Source: Planctomycetota bacterium (GTDB taxonomy: Bacteria; Planctomycetota; UBA8742; UBA2392). Taken from it: a DNA stretch of 64,000 nt. The notes beneath the pieces were generated by a model, which was not told the DNA's origin, did no database searches, and was given only the letters and a program-made list of their open reading frames with translations. The stretch covers positions 777,088 to 841,087 of the forward strand of contig JABTUE010000002.1 of the NCBI GenBank assembly GCA_015075515.1. The letters run 5' to 3'. Positions 46,750 to 56,189 of the stretch are shown here, in pieces. A program made the position numbers and the translations under genes. Each line of letters begins with the position of its first letter. Within the stretch, counting starts at the first letter, position 1.

Positions 46750-47298
46750 TTACTTGCGCGGGGCGACCTGCTTGTTGTGGCCTTCCTTGCGCTCGGCTTC
46801 TTTCTTTTCCGCTTCTTTCTTTTCAGCTTCCTTGCGTTCGGCCTCTTTCTTTTCCAGGTGCTTGCGCTCGGCCTCTTTCTTTTCGGCCTCTTTGCGCTCG
46901 GCTTCCCTGGGTTTGTCGCCCTTGCCTTCCAGTTTCTTGAGTTCGGCGCGCTTTTCCTCCAGCGCCTTCTTCAGGCGCTTTTCATAGTTGGCGCGCTCTT
47001 CTTCGTCTTCCAGGTGCTTCACCTTCTTGGCCAGGTCTTCCAGTTCCGCGATTTCCTTCTTCAACTGTTCCTTGCGGACCTCGGGCCGGACTTCTTCTTT
47101 CTTTTCCATCTCGCGCTTTTCGGCTTCGCGGCGCTCGGCCTCTTTCTTTTCCGCTTCCTTGCGCTCGGCTTCTTTTTCCTTGCGCACCTCGCCCTTGATG
47201 CCGGGCTTTTCTTCGGCGTTCAGGGCGCCCGCGCCCACCACCAACCCCGACAGCAGCATCGCCAGGGCACCCGCGCGCATCCAGTTTGCTTCCCGCAT
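46750..47298 (-). CDS. secreted low-complexity Lys/Glu-rich repeat protein
   Basis: ATG at 47298; the ORF track starts at 47403. Signal peptide (MRAGALAMLLSGLVVGAGALNA). Then EAERKEAEKKEAEKKEAERKE… repeats, encoded by ~30-bp tandem DNA repeats. Confidence 0.55.
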   Translation of the reverse strand: MREANWMRAGALAMLLSGLVVGAGALNAEEKPGIKGEVRKEKEAERKEAEKKEAERREAEKREMEKKEEVRPEVRKEQLKKEIAELEDLAKKVKHLEDEEERANYEKRLKKALEEKRAELKKLEGKGDKPREAERKEAEKKEAERKHLEKKEAERKEAEKKEAEKKEAERKEGHNKQVAPRK

Positions 47299-47475
47299 GG
47301 CCTTGTCTCCTTGTTTCCGGGCTTTGCCCGGCCTCGTTGGTTTGTCCTCAAGCACCATTGGCTTCAACCACAGAACTGCCGGCGGGGGCGGGCACCGGTT
47401 CAAGGTTCAGAAAATTTCCGCGCGGGCGGTTGCGCATCCGCACTGTCGCGGGGGTCTTTGCAGCGGCGCAAAGGG

Positions 47476-49125
47476 TTAGGCTGCGGCCGGGGGTGCCGCG
47501 GGCGGCGGGGGCGCGCCGGCGTCGGCGGCGGTGTGGGCCTGGGCGGCCAGTTCCTTGCGCGTCATTTCGCGCAGATGGTGGCTGGCGCGCCACACGTGGT
47601 AGGCAAGACGATCCAGCCAGCGCTGGGCGGCCAGTTCAGCCAGCGCCTGGTCAGGGTCAATCCTGCGGGCGGCGGTGGCCTCCAGAATCGCGGGGCGGGC
47701 GGTGCGGCGCTCGTCGGCCAGGCGCTGGCTGAAGGCCTGGGCGCGCTCGACATCGGGCTCAACCAGCGGCTCGCGGACCTGGGTGGCCAGCAGATCCAGC
47801 ATGGCGGCCAGATCCACACAGGTGCCGTGCAGAGTCTTGTCTCTTCGGGCGATATCAAGACGGCCCTTTTCGCGGGCTTCGGCGGTCAGACGTTCAAGGT
47901 GGTCAATCGCGTGCATGGTGCTGATCTGGCGGTGAAACTCGTACCCCTGCACATCCGGGGGCGGAACCTTGGCCAGAAAGCGCCTGATCTCGTCCAGCGC
48001 AACGTCAAGTTCTTCAACCAGTTCATCGCCCGGCGCGTTCTTTTCGTTGCGCAGGTGGGCTGCAAGATACTCGAACAGCTCCGAACACCCGACCTTGAGC
48101 GAGCGACGCACTGCCTCAATGGCCAGGGGCGGCACGGCCAGCAGGCTGGCGTCCAGTTCGCGCGTCAGGCGCGGGCCCTTCATCTTGAAGATGTGCTCTG
48201 TGATCTTCGCCAGCGTGCCGACAAACGGCAGAAACAGGATCACGCCCAGCAGGTTAAAGCCCGAATGAAAGGCGGCAATCGTCAGGGCGTGGTCACTGAA
48301 CACGGCCGGAAATTCACCCACCAGCATCATGTACAGCGGCAGCACCAGAAACGCCACCACCGCCGTGGCCGTGTTGTACGCAATGTGCGCCACGGCGGTG
48401 CGGCGCGCGGGCGTGGTCGCCCCCAGGCTGGCTATGCCGGCCGTGATCGTGGTGCCGACGTTGGCGCCGATCACGATGCTGGCGGCCTGTTCCAGGTTGA
48501 TGGTGCCGCCGGCCAGGGCAGCCAGTGTTGTGGCAACCGCCGCGCTGCTGCTTTGCATGATCACGGTCATGCCGATGCCGACCAGCCCCAGCACCAGACG
48601 CCCGAACACAGTCGGCTGCGGAAAACGCTCGGGGTGGAAGGTTTCGGAAAGATCCTTCATGCCCGATTGCAGCACGTCAATGCCGACAAAAATGACGCCA
48701 AAACCCGCCAGCGCCATGCCGGTCTGGGCCAGCTTGCCCTTGCCCAGCAGTTTGGCCAGCGCGCCCAGGCCTATCACGGGCAGCATGATCTTGCCGATGC
48801 TCAGCTTCAGCCCCAGCAGGCTGACAATCCAGCCGGTGCTGGTGGTGCCCAGTGCCGCGCCGATGTTGACGCTGATGGCGTTCTGGAAACTCAGCAAACC
48901 CGCCGAAACAAAGCCGATCGTGGCCACGGTGGTGGCGCTGGACGATTGCACCAGCGCCGTGACGCCGGCGCCGGTTGCCAGCGCGGTAAAACGGTTGCGC
49001 GTAAAGCGCGCCAGAATGCCGCGCAACGCGTCTCCGGCCAGGGCCTTCAACCCGTCAGTCAGCAGAATCATGCCCAGCAGAAACAGGCCGATCCCGCCCA
49101 GTACACTGGAGAGCACGGTAAGCAC
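47476..49125 (-). CDS. Na+/phosphate cotransporter family protein with C-terminal PhoU-like domain
   Basis: 549 aa. Duplicated Na/Pi cotransporter membrane domains (…ALVQSSSATTVATIGFV… / …IMQSSSAAVATTLALAGG…) plus a cytoplasmic PhoU-like helical domain. Confidence 0.85.
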   Translation of the reverse strand: MLTVLSSVLGGIGLFLLGMILLTDGLKALAGDALRGILARFTRNRFTALATGAGVTALVQSSSATTVATIGFVSAGLLSFQNAISVNIGAALGTTSTGWIVSLLGLKLSIGKIMLPVIGLGALAKLLGKGKLAQTGMALAGFGVIFVGIDVLQSGMKDLSETFHPERFPQPTVFGRLVLGLVGIGMTVIMQSSSAAVATTLAALAGGTINLEQAASIVIGANVGTTITAGIASLGATTPARRTAVAHIAYNTATAVVAFLVLPLYMMLVGEFPAVFSDHALTIAAFHSGFNLLGVILFLPFVGTLAKITEHIFKMKGPRLTRELDASLLAVPPLAIEAVRRSLKVGCSELFEYLAAHLRNEKNAPGDELVEELDVALDEIRRFLAKVPPPDVQGYEFHRQISTMHAIDHLERLTAEAREKGRLDIARRDKTLHGTCVDLAAMLDLLATQVREPLVEPDVERAQAFSQRLADERRTARPAILEATAARRIDPDQALAELAAQRWLDRLAYHVWRASHHLREMTRKELAAQAHTAADAGAPPPPAAPPAAA

Positions 49126-49190
49126 GGCGCCATTTCGCGTGCCCGCGCGCGCCTGTCAAGCCGCGGCGGTGCGGCCAACGGACAATCCGC

Positions 49191-49225
49191 CACACACACA
49201 AAAGCCCCCGTGTTGGCGGGGGCTT
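49191..49225 (-). terminator. intrinsic terminator (enoyl-CoA hydratase gene)
   Basis: AGCCCCCG-UGUUGG-CGGGGGCU hairpin. On the minus strand it is followed by UUUUGUGUGUGUGG. The stem is the same as in the terminator at 46635. Confidence 0.5.
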
Positions 49226-49244
49226 GGCTTGCACCTGATGGACG

Positions 49245-50078
49245 TTAGACGCCCTTGAACTGCGGGGTGCGCTTGCTGTTGAAGGCGTTCAGGCCTTCCT
49301 TGGCATCCTGGCTGTCAAACAACGCCTTTTGCAGCTCGCGCTCCAGCGCCAGGCCGTATTCAAAGGCCATTTCCGTGCCGCTTTGCACGCTGCGCTTGAT
49401 GTTGCCAACGACCTTGGTGGCCTTGTTGGGCAGGGTGAACTGCTTGCAGTAGTCAATCAGTTGTTCGCGGAAGCTTTTGGCGTCGCCGTCGTAGATTTCG
49501 TTGACAATGCCCCACTGGTGGGCTTCTTCGAAACTGAACAGGCGGCCGCTGCACATCAGTTCAATCGCACGGCTCTTGCCGATCATGCGGGCCAGGCGCT
49601 GCGTGCCGCCGGTGCCGGGCAGCACGCCCAGATTCACCTCGGGCAGGCCGCAGCGGCCGGAATCCCTGCGCGCGATGCGGATGTCCGCGGCCATGGCGAT
49701 TTCCAGGCCGCCGCCCACGGTGTGGCCGTTCAGGCCGGCGACCACCAGCTTGGGCGACTGCTCAAGACGTGACAGCGTTTCGTTGGCGTGCAGGCAGAAG
49801 AAGTACTTCCAGTGCGGGTTGCTTTCTTCCAGCATCTTGATGTTGGCGCCGGCACAGAAGAACTTTTCGCCTTCGCCGGTAATCAGGATGACACTGATTT
49901 CGTCGTCAAAGCGCGCCTCCAGAATCGCGTTGTCCATCTGGCGGAACATCTGATGCGTGTAGGTGTTGGCCGGCGGGTCAGAAAGCTCGATCATGAACAC
50001 GCCCGGGGCCGGGCGGCTGGTCTTGATGACCGTCATCTTTTCACGTTCTTTGTCTACGCTGGGCTGCCTGATTGTCAT
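49245..50078 (-). CDS. enoyl-CoA hydratase/isomerase family protein
   Basis: 277 aa; an alternative start 14 codons in is at 50036. Crotonase fold (…ILITGEGEKFFCAGANIKM…GHTVGGGLEIAMAADIRIA…). Confidence 0.75.
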   Translation of the reverse strand: MTIRQPSVDKEREKMTVIKTSRPAPGVFMIELSDPPANTYTHQMFRQMDNAILEARFDDEISVILITGEGEKFFCAGANIKMLEESNPHWKYFFCLHANETLSRLEQSPKLVVAGLNGHTVGGGLEIAMAADIRIARRDSGRCGLPEVNLGVLPGTGGTQRLARMIGKSRAIELMCSGRLFSFEEAHQWGIVNEIYDGDAKSFREQLIDYCKQFTLPNKATKVVGNIKRSVQSGTEMAFEYGLALERELQKALFDSQDAKEGLNAFNSKRTPQFKGV

Positions 50079-50161
50079 TGCGGTCTCCGTTGGGGCCTAA
50101 TGGCCGCGAAAGGCCGAATATGGCGGCATCCGGGCATAAAGGCAAGCGGGTGCGCCCGCGT

Positions 50162-51904
50162 TCACCTGACCCGCGCGCCCAGCCACGACCGGAAGTTGCG
50201 CCGCTGGGCGGCGTTGGGCTTCTTCACCGGCCGCAGCAGAAGCTTGCCCGCGGGCCGGCCCGCCACCCTGACCCGCGCACGCACCAGCCGTTCACGCCGG
50301 AACAGCGCCAGTTCGATCACGTCGCCGGGTTTGCTGTCCTCCAGCCGTGACTCCAGCGTCCTGCCGTCCACACGGTGGCCGTTGATCGCCACCACTTCGT
50401 CGCGGGGCTGAAGCCCGGCCTTGCGGCCCGGGCCCTCGGCGTGCACGGCGGTGATTTTGGCACCGTTGAACGTGACGCCCAGCCAGGGCTCGGTCTTGTC
50501 GTTCTCGCGCGCGAACTCAAGCCCGTACACATCCAGCACCTCGGTGTAGTCCAGTTCGCGCGTGCCGCGCACATGGTCGCGCCAGAACGCCGCAAGCTTG
50601 CGCCCGGCCACCTCCTCGCACAGGGCCTCAAAGCCGCGTTCCGGAAACCCGGGCCTGGGCCAGCCGTAGCGCTCAAAGGCCAGCTTCATCACGTCGTCCA
50701 GGCTCTTTGCCCCGCCGGTGGCCGCCCGGATTCTGGCGTCCAGCAGCAGCCCCACCTGCGCGCCGCGCGAGTAATAGCTGACGCCGCTGTTAAGGTAATT
50801 TTCATCGGCCAGGTACAGTTTGGTCCAGGCCAGCCAGCTTGCGTTTTCCAGGCTCATCACCTTGCGGCCGGGGCGGTTGTCTTCCTTGTCAATGTTTTCG
50901 GCAATGCTCTTGAGCACCGTGGCGGCCGGCGTCACCCCGGCGCGCGCGCACCAGATGCGTTCGTAGTACTGGGTCAGGCCTTCCATGACCCACAACGCGC
51001 GGGTGTATTGTTCGCGCGCATAGTTGAAGGGGCCCAGAATCGCCGGCCGGATGCGCTTGACGTTCCAGACGTGAAAGAACTCGTGACTGACCAGCCGGAT
51101 AAAGGCCTGGTAGTCTTCCTCTTTGCGGAACTTCCACGAGTTCCAGCCGCACACGCAACTGTTGAGGTGTTCCAGTCCGCCGCCGCTGTCGGGCGTGATG
51201 TGGTGGATGAACAGGTAATAGTCATAGGGCAGGCCGCCGAACAGTTTGCCCTGCGCCTGCACAACCCTGGCCGTGTCTTTGACAATGCGGTCGGCGTCAA
51301 AGTTGCCGTAGCCATAAAACGCCACGTCGTGCTTCACGCCCATGACCGTAAAGCTGCGCACTTCGTGGGTGCCGATCTCAAAGGGCGTGTCGCCCAGAAT
51401 GTCGTAGTCCGGCGCGCGCCAGGTGTTGGGCCCCACGGACTTCAGGCTGGTGGCGACCTTCCAGCGGCGCCAGGGCCGGATGGTGATGTCATAAACACAC
51501 GGGGCCGGGCGGCCCTCTAGCGGGCTTTCCACGTACGGAAACAGGTTTGTGCCCAGAAAGAAACCGTGGGTTTCGTCCAGGTGCGGCGTGCGCACAGAAA
51601 GCTCGTCGGCGTACAGCGTAAACCGGAACGTAAACCTGCCGCCACGAATACCCGTGACCTGCCAGCGCTGCTTGTCCAGCATGTCGCAGTCGCCGCCCTT
51701 GACCGTAAACGCGCTGACGTTCTTGGCGAACTCGCGCAGCTTGTAGCTGCCGGGCGTCCAGACCGGAAAGGCCAGCGTGCAGGTATCGCCAACACCGGTT
51801 ACTTCGCCCTCAACCAGAAAGTTGTGGCTGGCCGGGTCAGGCATCGAAACGGTGTAACGCAAGGCGGTGCGTACGCGGGGCGACTTGCGGGCAGGCGCGA
51901 GCAT
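50162..51904 (-). CDS. M61 family glycyl aminopeptidase with C-terminal PDZ domain
   Basis: ATG at 51904; the ORF track starts at 51985. Zinc motif HEFFHVWN. C-terminal PDZ (…GVTFNGAKITAVHAEGPGRKAGLQPRDEVVAINGHRV…). Confidence 0.75.
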   Translation of the reverse strand: MLAPARKSPRVRTALRYTVSMPDPASHNFLVEGEVTGVGDTCTLAFPVWTPGSYKLREFAKNVSAFTVKGGDCDMLDKQRWQVTGIRGGRFTFRFTLYADELSVRTPHLDETHGFFLGTNLFPYVESPLEGRPAPCVYDITIRPWRRWKVATSLKSVGPNTWRAPDYDILGDTPFEIGTHEVRSFTVMGVKHDVAFYGYGNFDADRIVKDTARVVQAQGKLFGGLPYDYYLFIHHITPDSGGGLEHLNSCVCGWNSWKFRKEEDYQAFIRLVSHEFFHVWNVKRIRPAILGPFNYAREQYTRALWVMEGLTQYYERIWCARAGVTPAATVLKSIAENIDKEDNRPGRKVMSLENASWLAWTKLYLADENYLNSGVSYYSRGAQVGLLLDARIRAATGGAKSLDDVMKLAFERYGWPRPGFPERGFEALCEEVAGRKLAAFWRDHVRGTRELDYTEVLDVYGLEFARENDKTEPWLGVTFNGAKITAVHAEGPGRKAGLQPRDEVVAINGHRVDGRTLESRLEDSKPGDVIELALFRRERLVRARVRVAGRPAGKLLLRPVKKPNAAQRRNFRSWLGARVR

Positions 51905-52077
51905 GGGAACCTCCGCGCGGATGGTAGCAAAGCCGGCGCAAATGGAAGTTGGCGGCATCCACCCACAGGCGGCAGAAAGCGCCAAGGGTCACGGGGCCAG
52001 GTGGCGAAGTGCCCTGTAAGCCGTTATCTAATTTTGGCTTACGCCGATACCGACATTTGCCCCCAAAACGCCCAGTT

Positions 52078-52105
52078 TTGACAGCCATTTTGGCGGCCTA
52101 AAAAT
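52078..52105 (+). promoter_or_regulatory. candidate sigma-70-type promoter (TTGACA-N15/16-TAAAAAT)
   Basis: ttgacagccattttggcggcctaaaaat lies ~140 nt upstream of the ATG at 52247, in an unusually long (340-nt), lower-GC intergenic region. Confidence 0.25.
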
Positions 52106-52246
52106 TCCGGCTTCGTAACCCGCCAAGTCGCCATAAGTTATGACTTCGACACAATTTGTTGCGAGTCCCCCGGTCGGGAAGTGTCGAACCTACTGGTACA
52201 ATCGTATTCGTTCGGGGGATGGCCCTGTCGAGGTGGTTGATTGCGA

Positions 52247-53529
52247 TGTCTTACCGTGTCGAGAAGCTGCCCCTGACCACGCGTTCCGGTGCCGGACGCA
52301 GCGGTACATTGGCGCGCATCCCGCTTCGCCGCGCGCGACTTCCCAAGAGTGCCTTTGCCAACTTTCAGATCCTGGCGCGCCGTCTGGCGCGCAACGGTGT
52401 CACGCCGGACGCCGACCTTGAACAGTCCTGCCTGAACTGGCTGCGTGACGCCCGCGCCAGCCGCCGCCAGCAGGAAACCCTGCGCCAGCTTGCCCGCGGT
52501 GACGCGCTGGCGGTGGTGGTGCCGCTGCTCAAGGGCGTGGCCGCGCCGCGCATGGACGAAATTCTGCGCGTGATTGCCGGTGTTGAACTGGCCGACCAGT
52601 TGCGCGCCCGCAAGGTGGGCAAGGTTGTCACGCTGCTGTGGCCGGCCTATGAGATCGGCCAGCGCGGCGAAACCGGCCAGTGCGTGATCATCCAGCGCGG
52701 GGGCGAGTTTCAGGACATCGGCTTTCGCGGCGGCGACTCTGAAAAATACCTTCACACCCTGCGCCATGACCTGCCCGGCACCGGGTTTTCCGCGCTGCTG
52801 CTGGATGACCTGGCCCGCGCCGCCGACAGCGACCCCGACCTGTTCAAGGCCCGTCTGCTGCTCAAGTACTTCGAAGACGACTTTATCACTGCCCTGCCGC
52901 CAGCCGAGGGCACGGGCTTTGAGTACAACCTGCGCCGGCTGTTCACGCGTCTGCCGCTGGTGGCCCAGATATCCCAGGGGCCGGTGCCCGGAACCCTGCC
53001 GCCCAGCGAGCCGGTGCCCTTTCCCGGCATCAGCGCCACGATCATCGAGGGCAAGGTGGAAAGCTGGCTGGTCAAGTTCGGCCTGACGCTGGAAGAAATC
53101 CTGGCCGGCGAGGTGCGCCCCGAAGACGCCGCGCGCCGCCACCTGCCCGAAGACGCCGGCGCGGCCGTGGCATCAGCCAAAGAGCGCGTGCTGTCGGAAC
53201 TGCTGCGGTTTGAGCTTGGGCTGGACGACCTGGGCTGGAAGCCCACAGCCGAGATCCGCAACGTGCTGAACAACTTTGACATCGGCTGTGACCGCATCCG
53301 CGCGCGCGCCGTGGCTGAATCCGCGCGCGAAATCGAAACCAACCGCAAGCAACTGGGCAAGCTGTTCGGCTATCTGCTGCCAGACGGCCGCCCGCAGCAG
53401 GACGCGGTCAGCCTGTTCCACTTTCTGGACTTTTACGGCCCGGATTTTCTGACCGGCCTGCGCAATGTGCTGCAGGTGGATGACCTGCGCCACCAGGCGG
53501 TGTACGTGGCGCCAGCCACCGGCCGGTGA
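52247..53529 (+). CDS. hypothetical protein (427 aa, no recognisable motifs)
   Basis: ATG at 52247 (MSYRVEKLPL…); the ORF track starts at 52156. Followed by a terminator hairpin. Confidence 0.5.
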
Positions 53530-53570
53530 GTTTCTCGCGGTACGTGTAAGCCATGCTTGCACGTGCTTGG

Positions 53571-53606
53571 GGCCCGGGGTGCTTGGCGGCACCCCGGGTC
53601 TTTCAT
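53571..53606 (+). terminator. intrinsic terminator
   Basis: CCCGGGGUGC-UUGGC-GGCACCCCGGG hairpin followed by UCUUUCAUU. Confidence 0.5.
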
Positions 53607-53660
53607 TGGGCGCCGGGAAATCCATGCGGACAAACCGGCAATCGGCTCTAAAATGAACCC

Positions 53661-54266
53661 ATGCAGCAGACCAGCCAGACCGACCTGCAGACGATTCGCC
53701 TGGCGCTGGAGGCCAACTCGCGCCTGACGTCGCTTTCCGGCGCGGCGCTGGTGGCTTCGGGCGTGCTGGCCTTTGCGGCCGCCGGCCTGACCTCGATGGC
53801 GGGCCTGGCTGAACCCGAGGCGCGGATCGGCCTTGACCACGCGCTGCTGTGGCAGATGGTGCTGCTGTGGTCGGCCACGCTGCTGGTTTCGGTAAAGTTG
53901 AACCTGTTCGGCATGCTGCGGCGGGCGCGCCAGGACGGCCAGCCCCTGGCGGCGCGGCTGGGCAAGCGCGTGCTGTTTGCGATGCTGCCGGCGCTGGCGG
54001 TGGGCGGCGCGCTGACAATGGGTTTTGCCGTCAACGGGCGGCTGGATTTCATCTTTCCGATCTGGATGCTGTGCTACGGCGCGGCACTGGTGGCCGCCGG
54101 CGCCCACAGCATTTCGTCGGTGCGCTGGCTGGGCATCTTCATGCTGCTGGGCGGCGCGGTGTCCATGATTCCGGGCGCGGGCACAGACTTCATTTTCTTC
54201 ACGGCCACGTTCGGGGCCGGGCACTTTCTGCTGGGGTTCTGGGTCGGGGTGCGGTATGGCTGGTAA
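53661..54266 (+). CDS. hypothetical polytopic membrane protein
   Basis: 201 aa, with 5–6 predicted transmembrane helices. Its 3' end overlaps the next gene's start by 11 nt. Confidence 0.5.
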   Translation: MQQTSQTDLQTIRLALEANSRLTSLSGAALVASGVLAFAAAGLTSMAGLAEPEARIGLDHALLWQMVLLWSATLLVSVKLNLFGMLRRARQDGQPLAARLGKRVLFAMLPALAVGGALTMGFAVNGRLDFIFPIWMLCYGAALVAAGAHSISSVRWLGIFMLLGGAVSMIPGAGTDFIFFTATFGAGHFLLGFWVGVRYGW

Positions 54267-54588
54267 GACACGACTGGACCCGATGATCAGCCCGGCGCTG
54301 GCGCTGGATCCGCTGATCCATGAACGTCTGCGGCTGGCAATTCTGGCCGCTTTGGGCAGTCACGGGCGCCTGACCTTCAACGAGCTTAAAGGCCTGACTG
54401 AAGCCACCGACGGCAATCTTTCCACACACACCCAGAAACTGGAAACCGCCGGGTACATCCAGGCCGCCAAGGGCATGTTCGGCGGCCGCAGCAAGACCAC
54501 CTATGAAATCACGCCGGGCGGCCGGGCCGCGCTGGCGGCGTACCTGGACGCGCTGGAAAAGCTGCTGGGCAAAGTGCGGGGCAATTAA
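54256..54588 (+). CDS. winged helix-turn-helix transcriptional regulator (ArsR/HxlR-like)
   Basis: 110 aa. wHTH pattern LRLAILAALGSHGRLTFNELKGLTEATDGNLSTHTQKLETAGYIQ. Confidence 0.58.
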   Translation: MAGKTRLDPMISPALALDPLIHERLRLAILAALGSHGRLTFNELKGLTEATDGNLSTHTQKLETAGYIQAAKGMFGGRSKTTYEITPGGRAALAAYLDALEKLLGKVRGN

Positions 54589-54603
54589 TCCACGGAGGGG
54601 CCC

Positions 54604-54816
54604 ATGCCGGTCGAGTACCTGGTGATAGAGCGCATCGTCAACGCGCACGAACGACACGAGCAGGACCGCAGCAACCCCGGCTTTTCCGGTGTGGACATTG
54701 AGTCCATGATGCTGCGCAACTACGGCGAAAAGGGCTGGGAGCTTTCGGCCGTGATCTCTGAGCCCGTCAGCCACGACCAGTCCCGCCGCGTCTTTTACCT
54801 TCAGCGCAAGACATGA
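54604..54816 (+). CDS. small DUF4177-like protein
   Basis: 70 aa (MPVEYLVIERIVNAHE…GWELSAV…). Its stop overlaps the glycerate kinase start (ATGA). Confidence 0.5.
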   Translation: MPVEYLVIERIVNAHERHEQDRSNPGFSGVDIESMMLRNYGEKGWELSAVISEPVSHDQSRRVFYLQRKT

Positions 54817-55934
54817 CCCTGCGCGTTCTGTGCGCGCCGGACAAGTTCAAGCAGGCCTGTCCCGCGGCCAGGGCCGCATCCGCCATTGCCGCCGGCGTGG
54901 CCGATGCCGGCGGCACCCCCACCACGCTGCCGCTGGCCGACGGCGGCGAGGGCACACTGGACGTTCTGGCCCCGGCCTTTCCGCAACGTGTTGCCGTCCG
55001 CGTGCGTGGCCCCCTGGGCACGCCGGTCGAGGCCGCGATCGGCCTTTCTGCTGACGGCCGCCGCGCCCTGGTGGAAAGCGCCCAGGCCTGCGGGCTGTGG
55101 CGCCTGGAAGAACACGAGCGCGACCCCCTGCGCACCGGCACGCTGGGCGTGGGCGACATGATCCGCGCCGCGCTGGACGCCGGGGCGGTTGAAATTCTGG
55201 TCGGCCTGGGCGGCAGCGCCACCAGCGACGGCGGCGCCGGCATGGCCGTGGCACTGGGCGCGCGCGTTCTGGATGCCGCGGGCCGTGATGCAGAACCCAC
55301 CGGCGGCGGGCTGCTCAAGGCCCGCGCCCTGGACCTTGCGGGGCTGGACGCGCGCCTGCGCCGCGTAAAGCTTACCGCGCTGTGCGACGTGATGACGCCG
55401 ATGCTGGGCGAACACGGCGCCAGCCGCAAGTTCGTGGTGCAGAAGGGCGGCACCACGCGCGCCCTGCACAAGCTGGAGGAAGGCCTGGCGCTGCTGCAAC
55501 TGGCGGCCCAGCAGGCCGGCATAAACCTCAAGGGCACCGAACCCGGCACCGGCAGCGCCGGCGGGCTTGGCTTTGGCGTGGCCGGGCTGCTGGGCGGCAT
55601 GCTGCGGCCCGGCGCCGACGCGGTGCTGGACCTGCTGGACTTTTCACGGCTGCTGCGCGAAACCGATCTGGTGATCACCGGCGAGGGCAGCTACGACGCC
55701 CAGACCGCCGAGGGCAAGCTGATCGCGGCGCTGGCCGCGCGCTGCCAGGCCGCCGGCGTGCCGCTGTGCGTGCTGGCGGGCGTGGTCGCGCCCGACGTGG
55801 CACTGCCGGGCGTGACGGCCGCATTCGGCATCGCGCGGTTTGGCGCCCGCAAGCAGGACAACCTGGACGAAACCGAGGCCAACCTGCGGCGCGCCTCGGC
55901 ACAGGTCACGCGCCTTTTGCGCGCACGGCGCTGA
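54813..55934 (+). CDS. glycerate kinase
   Basis: 373 aa. Glycerate-kinase N-terminal signature MTLRVLCAPDKFK…PLADGGEGT and a C-terminal GxGSAGGLG motif. Confidence 0.85.
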   Translation: MTLRVLCAPDKFKQACPAARAASAIAAGVADAGGTPTTLPLADGGEGTLDVLAPAFPQRVAVRVRGPLGTPVEAAIGLSADGRRALVESAQACGLWRLEEHERDPLRTGTLGVGDMIRAALDAGAVEILVGLGGSATSDGGAGMAVALGARVLDAAGRDAEPTGGGLLKARALDLAGLDARLRRVKLTALCDVMTPMLGEHGASRKFVVQKGGTTRALHKLEEGLALLQLAAQQAGINLKGTEPGTGSAGGLGFGVAGLLGGMLRPGADAVLDLLDFSRLLRETDLVITGEGSYDAQTAEGKLIAALAARCQAAGVPLCVLAGVVAPDVALPGVTAAFGIARFGARKQDNLDETEANLRRASAQVTRLLRARR

Positions 55935-55982
55935 AGCAGCACTACCCCTGTGCCCCGGCGCCGTGCGTGGCAACCTGAGACC

Positions 55983-56189
55983 ATGGACGGGATTCTGGTC
56001 GGGGCGATTCTGGGCATGGCAGCCGTGTGCTTCGGCGGCGCCTGGCGGTCCTGGCACAACTGGAAATCCGCCAGGCCGCAGGCGCGGCCCGCCCGCGGGC
56101 TGGCCCTGGTGGTGGTCGGTCTTCAGGTCGCACTTGGGGTGGGCGCGGCGCTGCTGGGGCTGTTCTTTCTGCTGGGTGGTATGGCGTGA
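55983..56189 (+). CDS. small two-TM membrane protein (hypothetical)
   Basis: 68 aa from the ATG at 55983, with two hydrophobic helices. It abuts the convergent ABC permease stop, so its reality is uncertain. Confidence 0.3.
   Translation: MDGILVGAILGMAAVCFGGAWRSWHNWKSARPQARPARGLALVVVGLQVALGVGAALLGLFFLLGGMA

Noticed and set aside
46780-47200. Periodic ~30-bp DNA repeats considered as a CRISPR-like array
   Set aside because: The repeats are in frame, encode the KE-rich protein repeats, and lack unique spacers. They are a coding tandem repeat, not CRISPR.
46570-49248. 892-aa plus-strand ORF
   Set aside because: It is antisense to the KE-repeat protein and Na/Pi cotransporter genes. It is low-complexity.
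52140-52215. Possible tRNA or tRNA-like element (GTGTCGAACC resembling a T-loop)
   Set aside because: No acceptor-stem or D-arm complementarity and no CCA context. It does not fold as a cloverleaf by inspection.
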